From Raillietiella orientalis (lineage: Eukaryota), in assembly GCA_036172245.1 (NCBI GenBank), contig JAYWIR010000072.1:248001-312000 (forward strand): 64,000 nucleotides of DNA, read 5' to 3'. The position numbers and the translations under genes were made by a program. Below, piece by piece: positions 49,642-61,743 of this stretch (its first letter is position 1; every line of letters begins with the position of its first letter). The notes beneath the pieces were generated by a model. It was not told the DNA's origin and made no database searches. It was given only the letters and a program-made list of their open reading frames with translations.

Positions 49642-51571
49642 ATCTCTTGCGCTTGCTCTGCAGAGATCACGTGGACCTCCTGCAGAAGCGCAAGGTCGTA
49701 GGGTTCCAGAAGAGCGACCATGTCTCGTCTACTGCCAGCGTCTGTTTTGTTCACGTTCCAAATGGCGATGCGCAGACGACGGCGGAAGGAGATTCCCGGC
49801 ATTACAGCTGGCTAGATGAAGGTGTGAGGGAGCCCGCCTCTTGCGAGGGGGGCGTGATGTCCATGGGGGTTTTGGCCTTCTCATGCACCTGAAACACCTG
49901 TTCGACCTCTACATCCTCCATCCCTTTTCGTCCGAACATCAGAGTCTCTCGAGAGACGGGTCCCAGGAATTTCTCACGCTCATGGCACACTCGCTTCCGG
50001 AAACAACTCTTCCTCTTCGTCGGAGGAGACGATCTTTCCTAGCTTTGTTGAATTTCGTCCAGCCTTTTTGCCCGGTGCGGTGGAAACGGAGGCTGCGTTT
50101 CCAGCCTCCACCTTGGGTTCGGAAGTAGGAGACTCCTGAGGGGACGACGGACACCTTACGTGCTTCCTACTTGCTTCAGAGGGGGCTGGCTGCGACGAGG
50201 CAGCCAGCTCCTCCGCCGCACGCGCGAAAGCTGCGTCATCGATGTTGGTGTCCATGACGGACGCTGCCGCCGGCTCGCTCCCCTCGCTGTTGACAGAGTC
50301 AACAGAGGGGTGGTCGTCGGTAGCGGCAAGTTCTTTCTGGCAGCGTTGGGTAACATCGGGAATGCGTTCCACGACGACGCTGCACTCTTTAATTATCGAG
50401 CTCAACAGAAGAAGAAAGAGCAGGCTCTTTCTTCTTCTGTTGGTAATTTTTTATTCCAATCTTCTCTCCTTTTTGCTTTTTCTTGCCTTTGCCACCTGCC
50501 ACCTAGGCACTTGGCTGGTTCCCTCGACTTTATCGGCCTTGATTGCCGTGGTCTCGGGTGCGCCCTGGGCCTTGGGCGCGGGTGGCACGGCCTTCGCGGC
50601 AGCTTTTACCGCCAGTCTTTTCTGCAGCAACCGGGCGCGTTATTCAAGTTTTCTCTTTGAAACCACCCACACAGCTGCTTTGTGGAACACCTCCCTCGTG
50701 TGTTTCATTGTGCCGCATACTTGGCACTGCACGTTTGGACACCACTTTTTGAGGTGGCCCGACATATTGCAGAATCCGCAGTATTTCGGCTTCCCCATAT
50801 ACCAGAGGTCGACGGTTTCGCCATCGACCACCAGTTTGTGGGGAAGAGTGCAGCCCTCTTGAACGGTCACGCGTGCAGCCGTGAAGCCGTGCTGCATCCC
50901 TGTGTAGTCCTCAAAGGGACTAACTTTCTTCCACAGCGCGTGAACCGTATCGTATTGCTCCAACGCGGCGCGAACCTGTTCCTTGCGCATCCGCGCGGTG
51001 ACGCCTTATAGGTGGACCACCATGCTGCGGTCCACCGTAGTGGGGAGAAGCATGCGCGTCCCCATCACCACGAGAGTTTTTAGCTGTGGTTGGGCCAACT
51101 TTGCTTGTTTGCAGATGACCTCAACGTACTGACCCCCGCTGCGGATGGTCATAGCGATGAGCTCCTCCTCTTTAACAACCAGAGCCCGAATCCTTTTCGA
51201 AAAAATTCGCGCACTCTCTGAACAGTATAGATTGCCTACCTTGTAGAGCAATGAGGGTTTACACCCCTCCTCCAGGTAGGCTGACCATTCCGCAGTGGCT
51301 GCAGGCTCTGTCGCCTCCACAACGGTGCTCCACGTTCGCGCTGCAGCGGGGATCGATTCTTTGGGGGCGGATGCCCCCACTTCCATCGTCTCTAAGGACG
51401 ATGTTGCCGCCGCTTCCTGGCTCTCCATCGCTTCTGGAGGAGGCGCTGTCACTGCCACCTGGCCTTCCCTGGTGGTCGTTTCAGGCATCGCTGCCTGGTC
51501 GACTACCGAACCACACTACGCTTGCACTAAGGGAGACTTTCTGGCACGAGGAGCACCGAGAAAAGACGTCT
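49642..51571 (-). pseudogene. LINE family E 5' part: ORF1 (disrupted) + APE N-terminus joined by TAATG
   Basis: ORFs 51006..51488, 50640..50990, 49980..50405, 49802..49990 and 49605..49802 (MPGISFRRRLRIAIWNVN...LLQEVHV). Confidence 0.88.
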
Positions 51572-51604
51572 GCCCTAGAGTGCACAAAGTGTTGTACTGC
51601 GTAA

Positions 51605-53437
51605 ATTAGGATCTCCTCTTGGAGCTCCTGGGTCGCAAGGGCTTCCCTCCCTCCCTACTGACCTTCCCGCGCTCTTGCTGGAGCAGTGCGCTATTGAACA
51701 TCCCTTTCAAAGGTCAAATGGCGTACGGCGTGCCGGCACGGCGAGGCATACGGCAGAGAGATAGCCTTCAAGAACCTCGCCATAGCGAGGTTCTTGAAGT
51801 ACCTTGGCGTTTTGTTGGGAAACTTCTGCGCAGCTGGAACATGGTCTGGCGGTCACCAAAAGTTGGAATTGGCGGTAAGCCCGTTCCTGGATGGCAAGTT
51901 TTAGTTGCAGGAGCGGGCCATGGTGTAGAATGCCTTTGCGGCCCCCTCCTGTCGCCCCCTACTTCTTGTGTGTGCCGCCCCTTTTCAAATCAGGACACGG
52001 ACAAGGTGCCCCATACGGAAATCTTTTTGTTGCAACCGGAGTCTTCATGTCCTGCTTCAAGACTTTTGCGCTCTATGCTGGGACGATGGACTTGATCTTC
52101 TCGGGTTGGAGCGCTTGGAACGACAGCTCCAATTTAGTAAACTTTCCTTTGTGGCAAAAACAGGCAAGCACTTTGGTATATTGCCGCAAAGCCTTTCGCC
52201 CACAGGGCAACCCGCTGCTGCGGTTTGACCTCAATCCTGGTAACTAACGACCGTAGTCTGAACCATTGTGGGTTTAAACTACGCGATCTGGTCACCCTGG
52301 TGGGAGAGAATCCGTGGATCTCCTGTATCCCCGCGGAGTGCATTATTTGGGTACAAGAGTCCGTTTCCGCGTGGGCAAAATTCAACGGCTCCAGCGTTGT
52401 GGACTTCTCCTGCCTCCGTCGAGAAAGGTATGCTGGTCAACCACTTCAAGAGATCGTTTCCAGCCCACTAAAACTTCTGTGGGCTTCCTTCACCCCCTTT
52501 GCTCCCTAGCTGCTTTTCCTCAGGGAAGTCAGTGTCATCCAATAGGAGGCATCATTGGAAGTGTCTTGCCTCATCGCAGGCAGCAAAAAACGGATGAAGG
52601 CGTGGACTTCTCAAGAACTAGCGGACGCTAGTACCCCGAATGTCCAACCGAATGGACTTGTACGCTGGGGCAACCTGCTCGACATGGAAAAGGCGAAGTG
52701 GCCCTCAGCGTCTTGCGATAACGGCACTTTTCTTCTGCAGTGGCAGGAGATGGCATTGCGGACTTTTAAGCAGAAGGCACCTGTCTTACTGGACATCGGG
52801 GTGGATGCCAACTAAGGAGAGTGCAAGAAAAGGGAGATCTTCCTTAACCTAATTCTAGAGTCTGTTGTCCTTGGTGAGATGTTTTTGGATTTACTCTGGT
52901 GAGCCCTAACTATTCCGGGGGAAAACCCGAATAAAATTTTTGGACGTTTGCCGTTGCGGGACTCCATGTCAGACTCTGGAGGTGTAGCAGTACTCTTCTG
53001 CATGCACGAAATCCTGGATAAGTGGACCGCGTTAAGAAGAGTCCGCACTTGTCGGAATGCCATCCACTGGGCCGCCATCTCTTTGGGGATGGCCTTCCGT
53101 TGGCGCCGACTTCGAAAACCTTTACAGACACTTTTTCGCATCCGAAACAGCATGTAAAGACCTTCACACGGCGTACCGTGGTGCCCTACCTTTTCTCCCC
53201 TCCCAAAAAGATTGCAATCCCCAGGCGTTTTTTTTTTGTTGGTTTTGTTTTTGCTGCCCCTGCGCCAGTGTGGAGGACCCTATCGGCCTGCTGGTCCATA
53301 AGGACAAGTGCGTCCAGACAACGAAACTTCTGTGCTGACCCCCAAAAAAAAATTCATTTAACAAAAAAGAATTTATTATGGAATTTTTCTATATAAGAAA
53401 TTTTAATGATAAAAGCTTCGGCTCACCCGGTTGAAAA
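51605..53437 (+). pseudogene. LINE family F 3' part (mirror of 35836-37940, with an extra ~290-bp RT deletion)
   Basis: Mirrored ORFs; degenerate terminal motif gataaaagcttcggctcacccggttgaaaaa at 53408-53438. Confidence 0.85.
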
Positions 53438-56400
53438 ATCAAATGTCATGTATTCTTTAGCGCTCTCTCACAGAAAATTAACTAACTTGTCTACAGAGGT
53501 TCTGTCTAAAGCCTGTTCCAGGACTTTATATGTCACTCTCAGTAAATACTTTTCATTTATTCGAAGGTAAACGCAGAAAGATGAGTAATGACTATTGCAG
53601 TGACTCCACGAGAACCACCACGTTTGAGAAAATCGTGCAAACATCGTTCAACGGACAAATGAAATGAACACTTAATCATGAAAAACAGAATTCCCGAGTT
53701 GCAAGTGAGCTAATGAAAGAAATGAAGTTCCGTCAAATCACTTCAGTTAGTCATTTAGTGATGAAGTTCGCATTCGTTTCTCTGTATAGCAATACGATAA
53801 TTAAGAAAATGTATTCTTTTGGTGATTTATATGTGGTTGCAAATGAATATCAATATGTATCTGCGAATAACTCAAGCAAGCCACTTGTTCTTAATGTTCT
53901 TGAAAAATGTAAAAATCAATTGAGGGACTATGAGCGTTTTAACTTACCTGTAGATTCCTGCAAATAGTTCCCATTCTCAGCGAAGTATTGTATGAAAATA
54001 CTGACAGTCATCGTGTAGTGCTTCCTTATGTGATTGATGATTTCATCATCAGAGCGCGCAAATGCTTTGTTATGTTAACAGAATCCATCCCTCATTCTCT
54101 TTGTGAATTGCAATGGTAAGAGGGTCACGTATGACGTATGAGCATTCTGCTCTGATCAGAAAATCAAAAAATCACTGTTGGTGATAAGTCATCTGGAATC
54201 CATAACTCAGAATAGCACACTCGTTATGCCTTGAATTAATCTCTGAAAATGTTTCAATTCCAATTATTAGTGTCTTCTCTTCTGATTACGTGGAGTACTT
54301 AAGAACTTTAGTGTGTTTTTTATCCAAGAACAAGATAAATTCACTTAAGAATTTTCTAAATAGAGTGCAATAACTTTTTATTATCAATGAATGATGTGAT
54401 CGGATCCTTTAATATAAATGAGGAAACACTTTGCTCACTGAGTTGGACTCCTCAATAGAACTACAAAATTTTTATTTGGGGGAGGTTTCCATCTGCACTT
54501 CAGTGTGCTCGGAACATATCCCAGATTTCTTCCAGGGACAAGCCTGAAGCATATTGAAAGTACAATACGTTATCAAGAGATGCAACACACAAGAAAGACA
54601 CGTGTATTTGAACTTTCAATGCGTATTTCCCTAAAAAAAAAGTTAGCGATGGACGAGATTTTTTTTCGTGAGTTTTTTTTTCTTGTGTAACAAGAGCATA
54701 TAGTAGTGAAATAAATTTAAAAAAATGTGGAATATTTTAAAGACACTTTTCCTACTTTGAGAGAACAAAAATATTGAAAGAAAAGTTCCGAAAAAATTCA
54801 CGTTTGCATATCCTTCATATTTCAAACGATTCTAATAAGTTGTAACAAAACCAGCCTTTTCCACGGTTTTGAGATAGTTCTCATCAAGAAAGGTCAAAAG
54901 AGACACTGATGCTTGAAGCACAGCACATTCAAACACATAGCAAAAACTGAACTGTAACGTACCTTCGAGATACAGTTGCTGAAAGTTGTAGGTAGCAATC
55001 CCCATTGAAATCATTTAAAAGGAACTCAACCATCATACTTCCATGGAATTTTGGCAACTGAAACCTTTCTAAGTCCTATTATATTGCAAAAATATAATAT
55101 TATATTGGTCGAGAGGGCTCTCCGGATGCTCCGGAGAGCCCTCTCGACCAATGCTGCGAATGCATGGAACGGATGAGTTCCATGCTGCTTTTCGAATCCA
55201 AACAAAGAAACTGAGAAGAAGACAGACCGAAAGGATAGAAAGCTCTTAATTCACGGTGCCTTATGGAGAAAGCATTAGGGTGGTGCAGGTGGACAAATGA
55301 GAACTCACAAGCAGGAGGAGAAAATGGAACGAGGCAACACCGTTCACGTGGATTGTACGGTACCATCGTGGACGCAAAAGGTAGGAAAGTTCGGGAAGAC
55401 AATTTTAACGACGCCATAAAAACATGCAGTCGAATCATAAAATTTCTCAAGCTTGCACCATCTTTCCTCCAGGCAGCACTAAGCAACGCCTTTGAGTTGT
55501 GCCGCGAATGCGAGGCAAAACTGAGACGTGAGGCTGCTCGGAATGTTATTTCTGCATGACAGCCGAGCGTTGCGGACCCTTCTCGGTTGCGACGTGCCTA
55601 TTCAACGCGATACGCTAAGAAAAATAAACAAAGATTCCAAAATGAAGAAACTCTAAATAATCACGAGATTTTGTTGCAGTCGAACTTTTTGTTTTTACAT
55701 TGCACGATCTAAATTCCCTTTTTTTCTGCACCTTTCCTGCTGGCGGGAGTAAAACCAGATGCTATAGCACGGCTTTGCTCTATTGTATGGTTACATTTGA
55801 CAAGAACTGCGACTCTCATCTCATTCAGATCGGCAGAAATCTCTAATTTATCCTACTAGACTCCCAGGCTATTTATCAAGGGAGAAATTTGTTTACTGAG
55901 GGGGGCAAGGATGGAAGCGCCACGCCACTGTCCCTTCGAGCAGCCACACTATGGATGCTTCTCCATCATGAGTGACGCTGAGTATTTTTAGCGTCAGGAA
56001 TTTTATTGCAACCATTCTCCAAGCGACCATGACAACTCGATTTTACTTGACGAACTCCTTATGAACACGCTTCGGTGTAACTCAAACTCTTTGCTGTTGG
56101 ATCGTTATGGACGAAGGTAATTTTAGTTGCTTCTTGCTTCTTGTTTCGTACTTTGACGCTATGAGCTAACGCTCTCTCTAAATTTGCATTGGCTTCTCTT
56201 CCGGTTTGTCCGCCTGAAACGGTGGTTCCTGAATCCTCGGTTGATGCTGGAGAGTTTCAATGTGTGGGCTTAAATGATGCTGTAAGAACTGAGAATGTGA
56301 AGGCTGAGTTCTAAACAGCCTGCAACCATGTCTCAACTTGAGTGACCACGCTCTTCTATCGGCGCATAGCTTTTCATTACGGCTTGAAGAACTACACAGG

Positions 56401-59400
56401 GATTGGTGGCGAGGAGAATGAGCGCCGGGTCTTGGCGAATCTTGCTGGTGTTTCCGTGATCATCTTCGGAGGACAACCGTTTCGCGCATGACTGCTTTAC
56501 CAGCACAAAAAATTTCTCAAAGTGGCATTGGATAGCCGGCAGGCGATCCAAAGTTTATCTGGACTTTCTCGTGCTTCTCTCAGGCCATGTATATGGCGAG
56601 GGTAACCACGCAGTAGGTTCTTGCAGTGGGAACAGCTTCAGAGATTCTGCGAGCAAAACGCTACGCTTGTTACCTATCATATAAGAAAGTAAGCGTCATC
56701 GTAGCCCATCTGAGTAATATTGGGTGAGCAGCGTTCGAAACACAAAGCGAAGCACGTAAGGTAAATAAGTGTTTAAATTTTTAGATGACTTTGTCGTGAT
56801 GTTTGATCTTCTGCCGTCTTGCTTCTCACTCTCCCGTATATTGCATCGAGTTGCATGTGATTGCAGCAGAGAAACTTCAACGATTTCCGATGGCTTTCTA
56901 TTCTTTCTTCACGTCCTCCTCTTGCTGTGGACCGAACGTTTCGGATTTATCATGCTGCAACACCTTTCTTTTTTTCAGATGGAGATGATTTTCCGAGCAA
57001 GTTGATTTCTTTTGGCACGTCTCGTGACTGGAAACTGTTCCAAGAAGTTAGCTTTTAATACGTTTGGACAAGCTGCTTCAAGTTCTTCGCCGTGTGGTTA
57101 CATGGAGTGGTACATCGTTGTTAGTGTTCTCTATTGATGTGCTGTATGCAGCTTGTCGTCTCTGCTCTGCACTCTCTTTGCTCCTCCGTTTCGCAGCATT
57201 CTCTTCTACAGCTGGGATTCCCGGATCTTGGTTTCACGTGTAATGCATATGTTTGAATCATGTCTTTGCAAGTGTTGACCGTGGTTGTGATTGGTTTGCA
57301 GTCTGCGCAATTTCCTATTTGTGCGGAAGCTTGGGAACATCTCGGTAGATTCCGGCATTTGTTAATAGTACTAATTATATGTGCACTTATTGGAGGCAAG
57401 ATGCATTGGAGAATCTGGTTTTTTTCAGTAAGGATGATTGCCGAAGCAGGAGATGTGATCTATTACTCTCTTCAGCAGGCTTTCCACATTTTGTATTCTA
57501 GTGCTCTTTTTGTTGCTTAAGGAGGGATTTTCTAGCTGTTTTTTCCTTTCTGAAGTAAACATTTCTTCGTAGTATGGCGACTGTCGTTCGGTCTTTGTGA
57601 AACAATTTTGTTTTTCTTATTTTCCTTTAGTATAATGTGTTGTCACTGTTGTGCATGCTTTTTTGCGTATTTGTTGTATTTCAAGTGAATTTTTTACTAC
57701 AGAGAAATTTCTTGCACCAGTTATGCATGTCGGTGTTTTGCTTTCTTTTCCAATGTTTTTTAGCCTTTTATAATGTCACTGAATTTTTTTTTTAATTTTA
57801 GATTATCACTGTTGGTATGTACGGTAATACACCAAGTGACTGTGCTTGTCTCAGTAAGAACGTAACTCTGAATACGGAAAGATTGATAGTGGATCTACTG
57901 TTGTTTACACGTGAGGATGGACCTTGTGTTCTCCTTTTCGACAACACTCTTACAAACTGCCAAATGATATATACTAATCGATTTGCTCGAACAGTTGCAG
58001 CTGCTGTAGCTTCTGAGACCATACTGAGAAATGATTGAAGATAGCCGAAGCAATGGATAGTGGATTAAAGGTGGCTATTAGGATGATTTGTGGCTCGAAG
58101 AGGAGTCACGAGAAATAAGAACATCGTGTATTAAATAAATGATTAAAGAAATAAAAAGGATCAAGGGATGAAGCATACATTACTCGACATCACGCCCGGA
58201 AGCGGAAATCTGGATACGGTTTTCAGATGGAAAAGCCGAAAAAGAAAAAGCCACAGAAGGAGCATTATCAGCAGGAATGCGGAAACTTATGGAAGGCGGA
58301 ACCACAAATGGTTATTAAAGTGTTTGGCTGCTTTAATCAGTTTCCCTCTGCCAAGAACACGGAACGCAGCCAGCGATGCACCGCGTGGTGCATATGCTGC
58401 GAACATGTCGGGCTGCAAGCAGATGCACGCTCCGAACGAAAATTAAATTCTGGACACAACGTGTGAGTCTGTGGGATGCTCTCCCGTGCGAGATTTGCGC
58501 GCGGGGTGCAGGCACCCCTCCCCCCGTTCGGAGGAATGGGGTGGGGGAATGGGCGCTCCTGTAGAAGTGGGGAGGCCTCGCGCTTCCGCGCCTCCTCGAG
58601 GAAGGCACCTCCTCTCTCATCAGGGAAGCTCCCATCCGGACTTCCGTGGTCCAGTTGATCGGAGCCATTCGATCGGTGCCACCCGTTCGAAAACCGCAGT
58701 GTGCATTTCAGCAGCACACCCACTTTTCCCCGCTGCTGAGGCTGGAAGAGACAGCAGGCATATATTTCATGTTTCCATTCATTATGACGCATGGTGTGTG
58801 ACAGTACGTACCAAATATCGTACTTGCACATGTTGAATTTGAGGAATGTGTGAGGGAAGAAAGCATTTTTCTCCATAATAAAGCACTCGATTTCTTTGCA
58901 AGTTCCTTCTCAGATCATCCATAATTTCTCTTGTATGGGGTTGTGGTGATTCGTGTTTGTCTCGACTTCTTTTTGTTGCAGTCTTTCTCAATTCTATTGA
59001 TACAACCCCTATCAGAATTGCTTGTGAGCTGTCTTTATTGAATGTGTTTTCGGATATCGATGTAGAGTATCGAATTCCCTGAAAAAAGTGATTCTGAAAA
59101 ATTTTTCAGATTGAGCACAGGCCGTAATATTTAGGCAGTTCCGACCAGCCTAAGAAGCAGTTGGCCCTTAGGAACAGGTGTGACGGTGAAGTTGAAGGGA
59201 CAAATTGATTAAAGTCGCAGCAGTTGAGTAGCTGCGTAGAATAAAGTCGCTGTAGATTTCGATTTTGTGTTTTCAAAAAATGCAAATTTCAGCTACAGAA
59301 GAGTCGCACAGCTTATAATTCCTAGTTTGGCGATGACAACTTGGAATGATGTACTGACAAAACACTTTAACATGCTATTTGTAAACTGAAACCTTGAAAA

Positions 59401-59619
59401 TTACAAATTGCATTGGAAACTAACAGTTCCCACAGATGTGCCCACAACATTTTACAACCATTCGGTATTTCACGAAGTGCTTTATTCAGCTACGCAGTTT
59501 ACTTGTATATATTATATAACAGGTGTGGTTATTATTTATTCGAAGTCATGAGATTCGCGGCTGAAGGTTTTTTACCGCGACATATGAACCGGGACTCGTG
59601 GAGGTGATACCTTGAATGA

Positions 59620-61743
59620 CAAACACGGAGGCACGCAGCACGATGGAGGCCGGTGGAGAACGTGTCGACCAAACAGTTGTACTACACACTGTCCTCTTAC
59701 CGGATAAAACTAGCAAAAAGCTGGCATCCTCTTAGCAGTAGTGAGAGGAATCGAATCTGATCGCCATATTTATTTGCATTCTGGAACGTGAACGAACTGC
59801 AGAACGGCTAGAAGAGGCGACTGTTATGCAATGCCCTGCAGTTGTTCCAGCTTGTGCTCCTGTAGGAGGTGCACGTAGTCTACGAAGAGCGAGCTGCCAA
59901 AATCGAGAAACGCGCTGAGGGAACGCCACCTTTGTGTCGCAACGGCGTTCGCTAGAGATAAATTCGAGAAAGCAATGCGTGCTTTCGTTACAAGTCCAGA
60001 CGATTAGAACAAGTTATCGTCAAATGGTCCAAGTTCATCGATTCCGTAGCTACAAACTTCTAAGGGCCGTGTGGCTCTAGCTGCCTTGCCAAAAGAATCG
60101 CATTCTTTTACAAAATGCAGTTTCACTGGCTGAACAGCCTATAATAGCCGCACATTTTCGCAAGTCATTTCAAATTCCTCCTGCTTTCGGACGACTGGAT
60201 CTGCCCGAGAAAGTGCTTGCTAGCAATCGAAATATGCGCGTATGTGCACCCAGCCAACTTCATGGACAGCAAACCTGGGATGAAAACATCGCTATATCAT
60301 TTTTTCACCGATGATAAACTGTATTCCCGCGTAGGAAGGAGAAGGAGAATGCCATCTGAGCTGTCGGATCACCCTAGATTGGAGTTCGACCTTCTCATCT
60401 TAAGAAAGGAACCTCTGTTCAACAACAGGAGGTTGCCAAGGAAATGGATTAGCTATTCGGAGGCGTCGGGTCATTTTGTCAGCACCTTTGCGACTTCGTC
60501 TTCAGGAAACTCTTGGACTGTGACCATCTCAAACGATTTGTCTGCGAGCTCTGCAGCCGATTTCCTTTCCATCGCCTTCCGTGCGATTCCGGGAAAGGGG
60601 TGGTCAACAGCAGAGAATTTCGGTAGGCTTTCACCTTTTCTAGAATTGAGGAAGTCCAGCATCTCCCACCGTAAAAGGCGAGAACCAAGTACCAAATCTA
60701 CTAGTCTGGTTCAAATTGCAGGCCCGACGACTGGGACCGGAAATGCTCGACTCCAATCGATGTTTAACAAATACAGTTTTCCAGGCTTTAGCTTGATGGC
60801 GGGAACGCTTTCCGATGCTTGGAGCCCGAGGCAATGCTCCTCGACTCCAAAGAACAAGCTGAGTGCAGCGTGGCTGATGCAGGGAACGGTTCTGCACCTC
60901 AATCTGCCGTGCTACTGGTTGATGCCTCGCCGGACGGAGCGAGGAACGCTCCGCCGTGCTCGACGCCGTAAAGAGCGGACTCGCATCTTCCTTCTGCGTA
61001 GGCGTGTCCTGTTGGAACGTCAACCGGCTGCAGGACGCAAAGAAGTGGCTGTTGGTAGCCAAATACTTGAGCGACATTGATCTGGTCCTGCTGCAGGAGA
61101 CACAGGACATCTCCGAACAAAAATTGGACGATGTTAAAGTCCGAGCAGGCAAGATGCTCCATTAACAGAAAGGCACCCAAAATTCTTGTGGAGTCGCATT
61201 CCTTGTCTTGAGCAGGGTGGCGAAGGCGATGTGGAACATAGGTTTCCACGGGTAAGCTCAACTGGTTCGATTCAATTAATCTTGTCGTCACGAATGTGCA
61301 TGCGCCGAGCGGAGCGATGCGTCGTTCGGAAAGACTACAATTTCTCGGAAGTCTTCGTAGCCACTGGCTCAGCAACTCTGTCCTAGACGTGGCTCACCTC
61401 GTAGCCGGGGACTTAAGCGTCCACATGCTATTTGAGAGGAGACGCCATCTGTGAACGGGTGTCTGAGCTTCTGTGCACGCTCCGAATTTGCTATCTCAAG
61501 ATCCCGGGCTCCGCCGGTTGCCTGACCATGGGTTCCTCGACGAACACTTGCTCTGTCGGTTGAATCGAAGAAGTCCAATCCCGTCCGTGCTTTCCGAATG
61601 TGCAGGCTGGAGGTTGAGCTCGTAAAACTTTGCAAGGGTTTTCTGACGTACGTCTGGAGGAAGCCGTACGAGTGGTTTAGCATTCCGGCTGCTGCAGAGA
61701 ATCTCTGCAAGAATCTGCGGGGCTTTGAAGTTTGCGACCTTCG
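59620..61743 (+). pseudogene. Two degraded LINE APE 5' parts (mirror of 24032-26160)
   Basis: ORFs 60217..61080 and 60956..61165 match 24902..25558 and 24610..24819. Confidence 0.8.

Noticed and set aside
58640..58700. tRNA/SINE-like A-box (tggtccagttga) and B-box (gttcgaaaacc)
   Set aside because: No acceptor or anticodon stems could be folded and the spacing is short. tRNAscan-SE or Infernal would be needed.
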